In this document: piece after piece, positions 21,280 through 31,412 of the stretch
How positions within the stretch are numbered: position 1 is the first letter of the stretch
How the letters are laid out: each line of letters starts with the position of its first letter
The notes under the pieces: generated by a model
The model's database searches: none
Seen by the model: only the letters and a program-made list of their open reading frames with translations
Told to the model about the DNA's origin: nothing
Assembly: GCA_007129225.1 (NCBI GenBank)
Contig: SKVX01000169.1
Coordinates: 1-47,359 of the forward strand
DNA: 47,359 nucleotides
Reading direction: 5' to 3'
Source: Halomonas sp.
GTDB lineage: Bacteria > Pseudomonadota > Gammaproteobacteria > Pseudomonadales > Halomonadaceae
Made by a program: the position numbers and the translations under genes

Positions 21280-22377
21280 ATGAGTACGGGACGGTTCTCC
21301 ACCCTATGTCCACTTGTCGCCGCCAGCGCCCTGCTGGTCGGAAGTGCCGCCGCCCTCGCTGATGACCGGTCGGACTGGCCGGAAGAGGTCCTGCTGGGTA
21401 CCGCCTCCCTCGGCGGCACCTATCAGGTCGTTGGCGACGGCCTGGTGACCCACATCAGCGACAAGCTGGATGTTCTTGCCTTGTCGCAGGCTACCGGCGG
21501 GCCCTACCACAACATGACACTGGTCCATACGGCTGAAGCGGAGCTGGGCCTGGTTACCCTGGGCCCGGCGCGGGAGCTGTGGGATGGAGAAGGCGTGGCC
21601 GCCCCGGGGGAGGAAATGCGCAACGTCCGCGCACTGTTCCCGATGTACCAGACGCCCTTCCACGTGGTGACACTGGCGGATTCAGGCATCGAGCGCATCG
21701 AGGACCTGAGCGGCAGGCGGGTCGGCGTGGGCCCCATGGGCGGCACCTGTGCCGCCTACTGGCCGCAGTTTCTGGACACCCTGGGCGTCGAGGATGCCCA
21801 CCTCCAGTACGCCGGGGCCAATCACCTGGCGGACTACCTGCCCTCCCGCCTCAGCGATGCCTTTGCCTTCTGCGCCGGCCTGCCGATCAGCGCTTTCCAG
21901 CGTCTCGAGCGAAACCATGACGTGCGGATGTTTGGGCTGACCGAGACCGAACAGGCCACGTTGATGGAAACCTTCCCGGTCGCCCCGTTCGAGATCCCCG
22001 CCGATACCTACGCGGCCATGGATGTCCCCCACGCGTCGGTGGCCTTCTGGAACTTCGCCATCGGCCACAAGGATCTTCCCGAAAGCCTTGTCTATGAGCT
22101 GATGAAACTGGTGCTGGATGACCCCGAAGCCATGGAGGCGATCCATCCCGCCATGGCCGAGGCCCGTGCGGAACACCTGGACAAGAACGATGTGCTCTGG
22201 TTCCACCCGGGAGCGGTACGCTATTACGAGGAACAGGGCCTCGATGTGCCGAGTGCCATGCTGCCCCCCGAAATGCGCCCGGAGGAAAAGCAAGCGGAGG
22301 AAGAGCAAGCGGAGGAAGAGGAGGATACGACAGACCTCACCGACGACGAGACCATGCCAACCGACAATGCCGACTAA
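21280..22377 (+). CDS. TAXI-family TRAP solute-binding protein 2 with acidic C-terminal tail
   Basis: Signal peptide, GTASLGGTY, TGGP, VGVGPMGGT, FHPGAVRYY; about 32-aa E/D/T-rich tail. Confidence 0.88.
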   Translation: MSTGRFSTLCPLVAASALLVGSAAALADDRSDWPEEVLLGTASLGGTYQVVGDGLVTHISDKLDVLALSQATGGPYHNMTLVHTAEAELGLVTLGPARELWDGEGVAAPGEEMRNVRALFPMYQTPFHVVTLADSGIERIEDLSGRRVGVGPMGGTCAAYWPQFLDTLGVEDAHLQYAGANHLADYLPSRLSDAFAFCAGLPISAFQRLERNHDVRMFGLTETEQATLMETFPVAPFEIPADTYAAMDVPHASVAFWNFAIGHKDLPESLVYELMKLVLDDPEAMEAIHPAMAEARAEHLDKNDVLWFHPGAVRYYEEQGLDVPSAMLPPEMRPEEKQAEEEQAEEEEDTTDLTDDETMPTDNAD

Positions 22378-22397
22378 CCGCCGGCATCGGCAGCACC

Positions 22398-22435
22398 AAC
22401 GCAGATGGCCCCGCCAAGGCGGGGCCATCTGCGTT
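22398..22435. terminator. long hairpin between convergent TAXI operon and metF
   Basis: Perfect 18-bp inverted repeat AACGCAGATGGCCCCGCC-AA-GGCGGGGCCATCTGCGTT. Confidence 0.7.
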
Positions 22436-22535
22436 CCTCTATCTGCCTTCTTGACGATACTGCAGGCCGTCACACTACCGCGCCGCAGGCCAGCGTCTCG
22501 TCGTCATGACGAGCATCAGCGCGGCTGCCCTCGGC

Positions 22536-23375
22536 TCAGCTCAGGTTGTCGAGAACGCGCAGGCTGGGGGTCGCCTGATTGAGCGTATAGAAGTGAAGTC
22601 CTGGCGCCCCACCATCCAGCAGGCGCTGGCACAACCGTGACACCACTTCCTCGCCGAAGGCCGCGATGGATTCGCTGTCATCCCCATAGGCCTCGAGTTG
22701 CTTGCGGATCCAGCGAGGAATTTCGGCACCACAGGCGTCGGAGAAGCGCGCCAGCTTGGTGTAGTTGGTGATCGGCATGATCCCGGGGACGATGGGCGCC
22801 TCGACACCCAGGGCACGTGCCCGCTCCACGAAGTGGAAATAGGCCTCGGCGGTGAAAAAATACTGGGTGACAGCAAGGTTGGCGCCCGCATTCATCTTGC
22901 GCACGAAGTTCTCGAGGTCCTTCTCGAAGCTGGGGGCCTGGGGATGGGACTCCGGATAGGCGGCCACCGCGATCTCGAAGTGATCGCCGGTCTCCTCGCG
23001 AATGAACTCGACGAGCTCGTTGGCATAGCGCAGCTCACCGATGCCGCCCATGCCGGAAGGCAGGTCGCCTCTCAGGGCCACCAGGCTGTCGATACCCTGT
23101 TCGCGGTACTGGTGGAGCAGGTCGCGCAACTGGGCCTTCTCGCTACCGATGCAGGAGAGATGAGGCGCGGTGGTGATACCCGACTCGCGCACGGTCTGCA
23201 CCGTGCTGAGCGTGCGTGCCTGGGTGGAGCCGCCGGCGCCGTAGGTCACCGAGAAGAAGCGCGGGTTGCGTTCGGCAAGGGCATCGCGCACACCCATCAG
23301 CTTCTCGCGCCCGAGATCCGTATTGGGCGGAAAGAATTCGAAACTGACACCTAGCGGGTGTGCCTGGGTACTCAT
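22536..23375 (-). CDS. metF: 5,10-methylenetetrahydrofolate reductase
   Basis: SFEFFPP, SVTYGAGGST, ALRGD, AYPESHP, TQYFF, HFYTLN. Confidence 0.96.
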   Translation of the reverse strand: MSTQAHPLGVSFEFFPPNTDLGREKLMGVRDALAERNPRFFSVTYGAGGSTQARTLSTVQTVRESGITTAPHLSCIGSEKAQLRDLLHQYREQGIDSLVALRGDLPSGMGGIGELRYANELVEFIREETGDHFEIAVAAYPESHPQAPSFEKDLENFVRKMNAGANLAVTQYFFTAEAYFHFVERARALGVEAPIVPGIMPITNYTKLARFSDACGAEIPRWIRKQLEAYGDDSESIAAFGEEVVSRLCQRLLDGGAPGLHFYTLNQATPSLRVLDNLS

Positions 23376-23490
23376 CGGTCAACCTCTCGTCGTCACCCGG
23401 CGAGCCGCCATGAGCTGCGCCGTGAATTATCGATCACTCTGCTTCGAGTGCGTTGGCGACCATTTTGCCGACCGGCCCCGTGGCTGACCA

Positions 23491-23527
23491 ATGAAAGTTT
23501 CCGCGCCTGTGCATTAGTTCCGGTCAT
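23491..23527 (-). promoter_or_regulatory. candidate tandem LysR (MetR-type) sites upstream of metF
   Basis: Minus strand ATGACCGGAACTAAT (23527-23513) and a degenerate site ending TTCAT (23505-23491), 22 bp apart, upstream of -10-like CAAAAT (23467-23462). Confidence 0.45.
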
Positions 23528-23614
23528 GTTGAGCGCTGTGGAAGAGACTCCTCGCTGACAGCAGTGCAGATGGCAGGCATCATGGCAGCTTTCGACAAGG
23601 GATTGGCAAAGACG

Positions 23615-24547
23615 ATGATCGACCCCGGCGCCCTGATGGGCCCCCTCTGGACGCTGCTGGCCTTCGTCGGGCTGGGCTGGCTGGCGGCTCGGCACCTGGC
23701 CGTGGACCCACGGCCGATCGCCACGCTGCTGATCTACCTCATCGCCCCGCTTACCTTCTTTCGGGGCCTCACCCTCGGCGGCCCGACGCCGGACTACCTG
23801 CTGCTGACCCTCGCCCTGTTCACGCTGGCCAGTGTCATGGCCATCCTCGTCAACCTGGCCGGCAAGCGCTTCCTCCCCCCGCAGGAGAGCGCCCTGCTCG
23901 CCTTTTCGGCCGGCACCGGCAATACCGGCTATTTCGGCCTGCCGATTGCCATGATCCTGCTGCCCCCCGAAGGGGTGACCCTCTACCTGTTCTGTGTTCT
24001 GGGGGTCACTCTCTACGAGTTCACCGTGGGCTTTTATCTCAGTGCCCGGGGGCAGTTCTCGGTACGCCAGAGCCTGGTCAAGATCATCCGGCTGCCCTTG
24101 GTCTACGCCTTTCTCGCCGCCCTGCTGGCCAGCGGCCTGGGGCTGACGGTTCCAGCCCCGCTCATGGAGGGACTGGCGGTGTTTCCAGCCACTTACACGC
24201 TACTGGGCATGATGATCATCGGCATGACCCTGAGCCGCGTCTCGATACGGGAGTTCGACGGCCGTTTCATCGCCGCCTGCGTCGCCGTGCGCTTCGGCCT
24301 CTGGCCACTGGTCGCACTGCTGGCCGTGCTTGGTTTACAGGCGTTCTTTTCACTGCCGATCGAGCTGGCCATGGCCCTGCTGCTGGTGGGGATAGTGCCC
24401 ATGGCAGCCAATGTGGTGGTGGTCGCCATGGAGCTGGGCATCCGGCCGGAAAAGGGTGCCATCGCCGTACTCCTGACCACCCTGGCGGCCCCTCTGCTGA
24501 TCCCCTACTATCTGGAGGGCCTCATGCGCCTCACCGGGCTGGGCTGA
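23615..24547 (+). CDS. AEC (auxin efflux carrier / malate permease) family transporter
   Basis: About 10 TM segments, GNTGYFGLP, PMAANVVV; ATG 23615 chosen. Confidence 0.85.
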   Translation: MIDPGALMGPLWTLLAFVGLGWLAARHLAVDPRPIATLLIYLIAPLTFFRGLTLGGPTPDYLLLTLALFTLASVMAILVNLAGKRFLPPQESALLAFSAGTGNTGYFGLPIAMILLPPEGVTLYLFCVLGVTLYEFTVGFYLSARGQFSVRQSLVKIIRLPLVYAFLAALLASGLGLTVPAPLMEGLAVFPATYTLLGMMIIGMTLSRVSIREFDGRFIAACVAVRFGLWPLVALLAVLGLQAFFSLPIELAMALLLVGIVPMAANVVVVAMELGIRPEKGAIAVLLTTLAAPLLIPYYLEGLMRLTGLG

Positions 24548-24572
24548 GCTCGAGTCGCGCAATGGAAGGAAG

Positions 24573-24596
24573 ACGCCGCCTGAGGGCGGCGTTTCT
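24573..24596 (+). terminator. intrinsic terminator after AEC gene
   Basis: ACGCCGCC-TGAG-GGCGGCGT followed by TTCT. Confidence 0.6.
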
Positions 24597-24623
24597 CGTA
24601 AAGTTCAGCTCATTCGGCTCGCA

Positions 24624-26033
24624 CTAGTAGCGATAAGTATCGGGCTTGAAAGGCCCCTCCACCGGTACCCCGGTGTAGTCGGCCTGGTCCTCGGTCTGGC
24701 GCGTCAGCACCCCGCCGAAGCCCTCGACCATGTAGCGGGCCACCTCCTCGTCGAGGTGGCGGGGCAGCACGGTGACGGCCAGGCCACTTTGCCGCTCCGC
24801 CTCGGGCAGGTCGGCGAAGCGCCGCCCGTACAGGTGAATCTGTGCCAGGACCTGATTGGCGAAGGAGCCGTCCATGATCCGCGAGGGGTGGCCGGTGGCG
24901 TTGCCGAGATTTACCAGTCGGCCTTCGGAGAGCAGCAGCAGGTAGTCGCCGCTGGCCGGGTCGAAGCTGCCCGGCTTGCTGTCGCGGTAGACCTTGTGCA
25001 CCTGAGGCTTGATCTCCTCCCAGTGCCAGTGGCGACGCATATAGCCGGTTTCGATCTCGTTGTCGAAGTGGCCGATATTGCACACCACGGCACCGGCCTT
25101 GAGGGCGCCGAGCATGGCGGCATCGCAGGCGCGGATATTGCCGGTGCAGGTCACAACCAGGTCGATGCGGCCCAGCAGGGCCCGGTCGACGCTCTCCGGC
25201 CCCCGATTGACGCCGTCTTCGTAGGGCGAGACCACTTCAAAGCCGTCCATGCACGCCTGCATAGCACAGATCGGATCGATCTCTGCAACCTTGACGATCA
25301 TCCCCTCCTGGCGCAGCGACGCCGCCGAGCCCTTGCCCACGTCGCCGTAGCCCACCACCAGCGCCTGCTTGCCGGCCAGCAGGTGATCCAGGGCTCGCTT
25401 GATCGCATCGTTGAGCGAATGGCGGCAACCGTACTTGTTATCGTTCTTCGACTTGGTCACGGCATCATTGACGTTGATCGCCGGCACCTTGAGCAAGCCG
25501 TCGCGCAGCATCTCCTGGAGCCGGTGCACGCCGGTGGTGGTCTCCTCGGAGATGCCGTGGACGGCATCGAGCAGCTCTGGGCGCTTCTCATGCAGCAGCG
25601 CCGTGAGGTCACCGCCGTCGTCCAGCACCATGTTGGGCCGCCAGTCGTCGGGCCCCTCCACGGTCTGCTCGATGCACCACCAGAACTCCTCTTCCGTTTC
25701 GCCCTTCCAGGCAAACACCGGGATGCCGGCCGCGGCAATGGCGGCCGCGGCATGATCCTGGGTGGAGAAGATGTTGCACGAGGACCAGCGCACCGAGGCG
25801 CCCAGGTCTATCAGGGTCTCGATCAGCACCGCGGTCTGGATGGTCATGTGTATGCACCCGGCGATGCGGGCACCCGCCAGCGGCTGCTCTGCGTGGTATT
25901 TCCTGCGGATGGCCATCAGCGCCGGCATCTCGGTCTCGGCAATGCGAATCTCGCGGCGCCCCCAGTCGGCCAGCGTGATATCGGCAACCTTGTAGTCCTG
26001 AGCGTTCAGGGCAGAAACAGCAGCCTGGTTCAT
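24624..26033 (-). CDS. ahcY: adenosylhomocysteinase
   Basis: [52 protein letters not shown]. Confidence 0.97.
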   Translation of the reverse strand: MNQAAVSALNAQDYKVADITLADWGRREIRIAETEMPALMAIRRKYHAEQPLAGARIAGCIHMTIQTAVLIETLIDLGASVRWSSCNIFSTQDHAAAAIAAAGIPVFAWKGETEEEFWWCIEQTVEGPDDWRPNMVLDDGGDLTALLHEKRPELLDAVHGISEETTTGVHRLQEMLRDGLLKVPAINVNDAVTKSKNDNKYGCRHSLNDAIKRALDHLLAGKQALVVGYGDVGKGSAASLRQEGMIVKVAEIDPICAMQACMDGFEVVSPYEDGVNRGPESVDRALLGRIDLVVTCTGNIRACDAAMLGALKAGAVVCNIGHFDNEIETGYMRRHWHWEEIKPQVHKVYRDSKPGSFDPASGDYLLLLSEGRLVNLGNATGHPSRIMDGSFANQVLAQIHLYGRRFADLPEAERQSGLAVTVLPRHLDEEVARYMVEGFGGVLTRQTEDQADYTGVPVEGPFKPDTYRY

Positions 26034-26142
26034 GCGTCACCTCGTCGAATGAAATCGGTGACCCTCACTATAGGCCCAGCGGGGGCGCCAATGCCAAGTC
26101 ATCCCTTTCACGCTAGCCAAGGGCATCATGGGGCGGCAGACG

Positions 26143-26168
26143 AAAACGCCCGGCTCAGGGCCGGGCGT
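26143..26168 (-). terminator. intrinsic terminator of metK
   Basis: Minus strand ACGCCCGGC-CCTGA-GCCGGGCGT followed by TTT. Confidence 0.75.
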
Positions 26169-26201
26169 CTCGTATCAGGGCGGGATGCATGCGGGCAACG
26201 G

Positions 26202-27422
26202 CTACAGGCCCGCGGCCTGCCGCAGCGCCCGGGCGCGATCGATCCGCTCCCAGGGAAAGGCCGTGAAGGTCTCGGTCTGCTCCTGCCCCTTGTCATCCTT
26301 CCAACTGTAGGAGGTCTCGAAGGGCTCGCGGCCGAAGTGACCGTAGGCCGCGGTGAGCTGATACATGGGGTGAAGCAGATCGAGCATGCGGGTGATGGCG
26401 AAGGGACGCAGGTCGAAGTGCTCGCGCACCAGCTCGATGATGCGCGCCTCATCCACCTTGCCGGTACCGAAGGTATTGATTGCCACCGAGGTCGGCTGGG
26501 CCACGCCGATGGCGTAGGACACCTGGATCTCGCACTTGTCGGCCAGGCCGGCGGCGACGATGTTCTTGGCCACGTAGCGGCCCGCATAGGCGGCACTGCG
26601 ATCGACCTTGGAGGGGTCCTTGCCGGAAAAGGCGCCGCCGCCGTGGCGTGCCATGCCACCGTAGGTGTCGACGATGATCTTGCGTCCGGTCAGCCCGCAG
26701 TCGCCCACCGGCCCACCGATCACGAACTTGCCGGTGGGGTTGATGTGGTACTGGGTGGAATCGGTCAGCCACTTCGACGGAATCACCTGCTCGATGATCT
26801 CGTGCTTGACCATCTTGCGCAGCTCTTCAGGGTCGATCTCCGGGTCATGCTGGGTCGACAGCACCACCGCCTCGACGCCGCAGGGCATGCCGGCCTCGTC
26901 ATAGCGGAAGGTGATCTGGCTCTTGGCATCCGGGCGCAGCCAGGGCAGCAAACCATGCTTGCGCAGCTCGGCCTGACGCTCCACCAGCCGGTGGGCGTAA
27001 TGGATCGGCGCCGGCATGAAGGAGTCGGTCTCGTTGGTGGCGTAGCCGAACATCAGTCCCTGGTCACCGGCGCCCTGGTCCTCGGGCTTAACACGATCGA
27101 CGCCCTGGGCGATATCCACGCTCTGCTTGCCGATCAGGTTGAGCACGCCGCAGGTCTCGCCATCGAAGCCCACCTCGGAGGAGGTGTAGCCGATACCAGT
27201 GATGACCTCGCGCACCAGCGCCTCGAGATCGACCCAAGCCGAGGTGGTGATCTCGCCGGCGACGATCGCCACGCCGGTCTTGACCAGCGTCTCGCAGGCC
27301 ACACGGGCGTGCTTGTCCCGGGCAATGATGGCGTCCAGCACCGCATCCGAAATCTGGTCGGCGATCTTGTCCGGATGTCCTTCGGACACGGACTCGGAAG
27401 TGAACAGGGAGTATTCGCTCAT
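26202..27422 (-). CDS. metK: S-adenosylmethionine synthetase
   Basis: Start reassigned to ATG 27422 ([19 protein letters not shown]); [15 protein letters not shown]. Confidence 0.97.
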   Translation of the reverse strand: MSEYSLFTSESVSEGHPDKIADQISDAVLDAIIARDKHARVACETLVKTGVAIVAGEITTSAWVDLEALVREVITGIGYTSSEVGFDGETCGVLNLIGKQSVDIAQGVDRVKPEDQGAGDQGLMFGYATNETDSFMPAPIHYAHRLVERQAELRKHGLLPWLRPDAKSQITFRYDEAGMPCGVEAVVLSTQHDPEIDPEELRKMVKHEIIEQVIPSKWLTDSTQYHINPTGKFVIGGPVGDCGLTGRKIIVDTYGGMARHGGGAFSGKDPSKVDRSAAYAGRYVAKNIVAAGLADKCEIQVSYAIGVAQPTSVAINTFGTGKVDEARIIELVREHFDLRPFAITRMLDLLHPMYQLTAAYGHFGREPFETSYSWKDDKGQEQTETFTAFPWERIDRARALRQAAGL

Positions 27423-27584
27423 GGGCATCCTCGACCATCTGAGTAACGGCAAAACGCGGCAGCGCAATTCTCGTCAGGATAACAGCCCCTGCCGATACAG
27501 GTGGAATCGATGCGGCAGGAGAGAAAATCCGGGGTTTTCGGGGCAAAGAGTTTACACGCTGGTACCTTTTGAGACACCCGCCAT

Positions 27585-27613
27585 TTGATGACCGGCGGCA
27601 AGTCGGCGACAAT
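27585..27613 (+). promoter_or_regulatory. possible sigma70 promoter of tkt
   Basis: TTGATG, 17-bp spacer, GACAAT. Confidence 0.4.
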
Positions 27614-27735
27614 AGGCGGCCGAAATTCGACCGCGCCGCCGCCATCCTGCGGCGCCCCAGCCAGAATGAAAACCCGGCAGGCATTTAGGTGCCGCCGTGG
27701 ACAGCCCATTCTGCCGCAGGTGAGGAGCCAACCCA

Positions 27736-29727
27736 ATGCCGTCCCGTTTCGAACTGGCCAATGCCATTCGCGCCCTGTCCATGGATGCCGTTCAGAAGGC
27801 CAAGTCCGGCCATCCCGGTGCCCCCATGGGCATGGCCGACATCGCCGAAGTGCTCTGGAACGACTACCTCAAGCACAACCCCAATGACCCGAAATGGCCC
27901 GACCGCGATCGCTTCGTGCTCTCCAACGGCCACGGCTCGATGCTGCTCTATTCGCTGCTGCACCTGACCGGCTACGACCTCAGCCTCGAGGAGCTGCAGA
28001 ATTTCCGCCAGCTGCATGCCAAGACCGCAGGGCACCCGGAATTCGGCTACGCCCCCGGCATCGAGACCACCACCGGCCCGCTGGGCCAGGGCCTGGCCAA
28101 TGCCGTTGGCATGGCCATCGCCGAGAAGACCCTGGCCGCCCAGTTCAACCGCCCGGGCCACACCGTCGTCGACCACCACACCTACTGCTTCGTGGGCGAC
28201 GGCTGCCTGATGGAGGGCATCTCCCATGAGGTCGGCTCGCTGGCCGGCACCCTGGGGCTGGGCAAGCTGATCACCTTCTACGACGACAACGGCATCTCCA
28301 TCGACGGCGAAGTGGAAGGCTGGTTCACCGACGATACCGCCAAGCGCTTCGAGGCCTACGGCTGGCACGTGGTGCCCAACGTCGACGGCCACAAGCCGGA
28401 CGAGGTCAAGGCGGCCATCGAGCTGGCCCGCAGCCATGATGACCGCCCCAGCCTGATCATCTGCAAGACCGTCATCGGCTTCGGCGCCCCCAACAAGCAG
28501 GGCAAGGAGGAGTGTCACGGCGCCCCGCTGGGGGACGACGAAGTCGCCGCGGCCCGCGAGCAGCTCGATTGGCCCCATGCCCCCTTCCACGTGCCCGAGC
28601 CGGTCTACCAGGGCTGGGACGCCCGCGAGGCGGGCAACAGCACCCAGGAGGCGTGGCAGACCAGGTTCGACCGCTATCGCGAGGCCCATCCGGCGCTGGC
28701 CAAGGAGTTCCTGCGGCGCATCCAGTGCAAGCTGCCGACGGAGATTACCAGCGAGGCGCTGATCGAGAAGGCACAGGAGAACGGCGAGAGCATCGCCTCG
28801 CGCAAGGCGTCGCTGGCCTGCCTCAACGAGCTGGGCCCGCAGCTGCCGGAGCTGCTTGGCGGCAGCGCCGACCTGGCGCCCTCCAACCTCACCTTCTGGA
28901 ACGGTGCCAAGGCGATCTCCAAGGAGAATCCCAGCGGCAACTACCTACACTACGGCGTGCGCGAGTTCGGCATGGGCGCGATCATGAACGGGATCGTGCT
29001 GCACGGCGGGTTCATTCCCTACGGCGCCACCTTCCTGATCTTCATGGAGTACATGCGCAACTCGGTGCGCATGGCGGCGCTGATGGGCAAGCGTGCCATC
29101 TACGTCTTCACCCACGACTCCATCGGCCTGGGCGAGGACGGCCCCACCCACCAGCCCATCGAGCAGTTGACCAACCTGCGCACCACGCCGAACCTGTGCA
29201 CCTGGCGCCCCTGCGACGCCGTGGAGACAGCGGCCGCCTGGGATGCCGCGATCAAGCGCAACTCCGGCCCCACCGCCCTGGTGCTGTCGCGCCAGAACCT
29301 GCCGCATCAGCAGCGCACCAAGCCCCAACTGGCCAGCATCCAGCGCGGCGCCTATGTGTTGAAAGACTGCGACGGCACACCGGAGCTGATCCTGATCGCC
29401 ACAGGGTCCGAGGTGGGGCTGGCCATGGACGCCGCTGCCGAGCTGGAAGGCCAGGGCCGTGCGGTTCGCGTGGTCTCGATGCCCTCGACCTATCGCTTCG
29501 ACGGCCAGGACGCCGAGTATCGCGACAGCGTACTGCCCAAGGCGGTGACCCGGCGCATCGCCATCGAGGCCGGCCACGCCGACTACTGGTACAAGTACGT
29601 GGGCCTCGACGGCCGCGTGATCGGCATGCACACCTACGGTGAATCCGCCCCCGCTGGCGACCTGTTCAAGCACTTCGGCTTCACCGTCGATAACGTGGTC
29701 AAGCAGGCCAAGGAGCTGCTGGGCTGA
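27736..29727 (+). CDS. tkt: transketolase
   Basis: [24 protein letters not shown] ThDP motif, [16 protein letters not shown]. Confidence 0.97.
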   Translation: MPSRFELANAIRALSMDAVQKAKSGHPGAPMGMADIAEVLWNDYLKHNPNDPKWPDRDRFVLSNGHGSMLLYSLLHLTGYDLSLEELQNFRQLHAKTAGHPEFGYAPGIETTTGPLGQGLANAVGMAIAEKTLAAQFNRPGHTVVDHHTYCFVGDGCLMEGISHEVGSLAGTLGLGKLITFYDDNGISIDGEVEGWFTDDTAKRFEAYGWHVVPNVDGHKPDEVKAAIELARSHDDRPSLIICKTVIGFGAPNKQGKEECHGAPLGDDEVAAAREQLDWPHAPFHVPEPVYQGWDAREAGNSTQEAWQTRFDRYREAHPALAKEFLRRIQCKLPTEITSEALIEKAQENGESIASRKASLACLNELGPQLPELLGGSADLAPSNLTFWNGAKAISKENPSGNYLHYGVREFGMGAIMNGIVLHGGFIPYGATFLIFMEYMRNSVRMAALMGKRAIYVFTHDSIGLGEDGPTHQPIEQLTNLRTTPNLCTWRPCDAVETAAAWDAAIKRNSGPTALVLSRQNLPHQQRTKPQLASIQRGAYVLKDCDGTPELILIATGSEVGLAMDAAAELEGQGRAVRVVSMPSTYRFDGQDAEYRDSVLPKAVTRRIAIEAGHADYWYKYVGLDGRVIGMHTYGESAPAGDLFKHFGFTVDNVVKQAKELLG

Positions 29728-29754
29728 TTACCAGCCGGCGCTGAGCGGTAATAG

Positions 29755-29786
29755 AAAGGGCGCGACCTGACGGTCGCGCCCTTTTT
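29755..29786. terminator. bidirectional terminator tkt/fbaB
   Basis: AAAGGGCGCGACC-TGAC-GGTCGCGCCCTTT followed by TT. Confidence 0.85.
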
Positions 29787-29806
29787 CCTTTGGCCTGGCT
29801 GCAGGC

Positions 29807-30859
29807 TCAGGCGACAGTCACGCCCTTGTCCAAATAGACGTCCTGGATCGCGTGGAGCAGTTCCACGCCTTCGGTGACCGGCTTCTGGAAGGCCTTGCGG
29901 CCGGAGATCAGTCCCATCCCGCCGGCACGCTTGTTGATAACGGCGGTACGCACCGCCTCGCCCAGATCCGTATTTCCCTTGGATCCGCCCCCGGAGTTGA
30001 TCAGCCCGGCGCGCCCCATGTAACAGCAGGCCACCTGGTAACGAGCCAGGTCGATGGGGTGATCGGAAGTCAGCTCTTCGTACACCTTGGCATGGGTATG
30101 GCCAAAGCCGATATCGCGGTAACCTCCGTTGGTTTCCGGCAGCTTCTGCTTGACGATATCCGCCTTGATCGTCGAGGCGAGATGGTTGGCCTGACCGGTG
30201 AGGTCGGCGGCCACATGGTAGTCCTTGCCATCCTGCTTGAAATCCGGGTTGCGCAGGTAGGCCCAGAGCACCGTCGCCATGCCCAGCTGGTGGGCCCGCT
30301 CGAAGGCTTCGCTGATCTCCATGATCTGGCGGCGGCTTTCCGGCGAACCGAAGTAGATGGTCGCCCCTACTGCGGCACAGCCCATGTCGTGGGCCTGCTC
30401 CACCTCGGCGAACAGCGTCTGGTCATAGATCGCCGGATAGGTCAGGGTCTCGTTGTGGTTGAGCTTGAGGATCATGGGAATGCGGTGGGCATAGCGCCGC
30501 GCCACCGACGACAGCACACCCAGCGTCGAGGCCACCCCGTTGCAGCCACCCTCGATGGCCAACTCGACGATGTTGGCCGGATCGAAGTAGCGCGGGTTGG
30601 GGGCGAAGGAAGCGCCGGCGGAGTGCTCGATGCCCTGGTCCACCGGCAGCAGGCTCAGGTAGCCGGTTCCCGCCAGGCGACCATGATTGAAAAAAGCCTG
30701 GAGGTTGCGCAGCACGGCGGGACTGCGGTCGCTGTCGCTCACGACGCGGTCGATGAAGTCGGGGCCGGGCAGGTGCAGTTGCTCACGGGCGAACCCGCGA
30801 CAACGGTGGTCCAGCAGGTACTCGGCGTCGTCACCCAGCAGTTGGGGAATATCTGTCAT
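29807..30859 (-). CDS. fbaB: class I fructose-bisphosphate aldolase (FbaB/DhnA)
   Basis: [22 protein letters not shown] Schiff-base lysine, [10 protein letters not shown]. Confidence 0.93.
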   Translation of the reverse strand: MTDIPQLLGDDAEYLLDHRCRGFAREQLHLPGPDFIDRVVSDSDRSPAVLRNLQAFFNHGRLAGTGYLSLLPVDQGIEHSAGASFAPNPRYFDPANIVELAIEGGCNGVASTLGVLSSVARRYAHRIPMILKLNHNETLTYPAIYDQTLFAEVEQAHDMGCAAVGATIYFGSPESRRQIMEISEAFERAHQLGMATVLWAYLRNPDFKQDGKDYHVAADLTGQANHLASTIKADIVKQKLPETNGGYRDIGFGHTHAKVYEELTSDHPIDLARYQVACCYMGRAGLINSGGGSKGNTDLGEAVRTAVINKRAGGMGLISGRKAFQKPVTEGVELLHAIQDVYLDKGVTVA

Positions 30860-30940
30860 GGTGCTCCTCTCCTTGGTTTGCGTTCATTTTCCCCAGCGTA
30901 GCGGAAAACCTACCCAGCGCGGCCCTTGCTTGCAAATGCA

Positions 30941-30964
30941 GGCGCTCTCCCGGAGGAGAACGCC
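30941..30964 (-). terminator. hairpin after the hsp20 pair (weak terminator)
   Basis: Minus strand GGCGTTCTCC-TCCG-GGAGAGCGCC with one G-U pair and a poor U tract. Confidence 0.45.
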
Positions 30965-30982
30965 CAGAAGAGCGGCGGCCGC

Positions 30983-31384
30983 TCAGGCTGCCTTGATTTC
31001 GATACGACGCCGGTGGTGAGACTGCTTCTTCGGCAGCACCAGATGCAGGAGCCCATTGTCGAGCCGGGCCTCGATCGCATCGGTATCGATCTCGTGGCTC
31101 AAGGTGAAGCGGCGCGTAAAGCGCTGGGCCTGCACCTCGGCATAGATCGCCGACATTCCCTCCGGCATGTCGAGACGAATCTCGCCCTCGATGGTCAGTA
31201 CATTGTTGTCCACCTCGATGCTCAGCGAGTCGGACGTGACACCGGGCATATCGGCGACCAGGTGCAGGGCATTGCCCTCCTCATGGATGTCCACCGGTGG
31301 CTGCAGCGCCCTGCCGATGTCCCGCTCCGGGGACCGGGTCTCGGCAGCCTCACGGGGCGTGTCGCGGCGGGTGATATCGTTCAT
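30983..31384 (-). CDS. small heat shock protein (Hsp20/alpha-crystallin)
   Basis: PPVDIHE, ADMPGV, FTRRFTL, A.LDNGLLHL.LPK. Confidence 0.92.
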   Translation of the reverse strand: MNDITRRDTPREAAETRSPERDIGRALQPPVDIHEEGNALHLVADMPGVTSDSLSIEVDNNVLTIEGEIRLDMPEGMSAIYAEVQAQRFTRRFTLSHEIDTDAIEARLDNGLLHLVLPKKQSHHRRRIEIKAA

Positions 31385-31412
31385 GGCGGTTCACCTCCTC
31401 TGTCGTCAGGCA

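Noticed and set aside
23376-26201. SAH riboswitch upstream of ahcY or metF
   Set aside because: The characteristic GAGGAGCG...CCAGGC...CGCTC arrangement was not found by eye; an Rfam scan would be decisive.
24756-27446. 896-aa plus-strand ORF spanning ahcY, the intergenic region and metK
   Set aside because: Antisense shadow of two conserved genes with GC-rich codon bias; no recognisable domain; crossing the short intergenic gap without a stop is plausible by chance.
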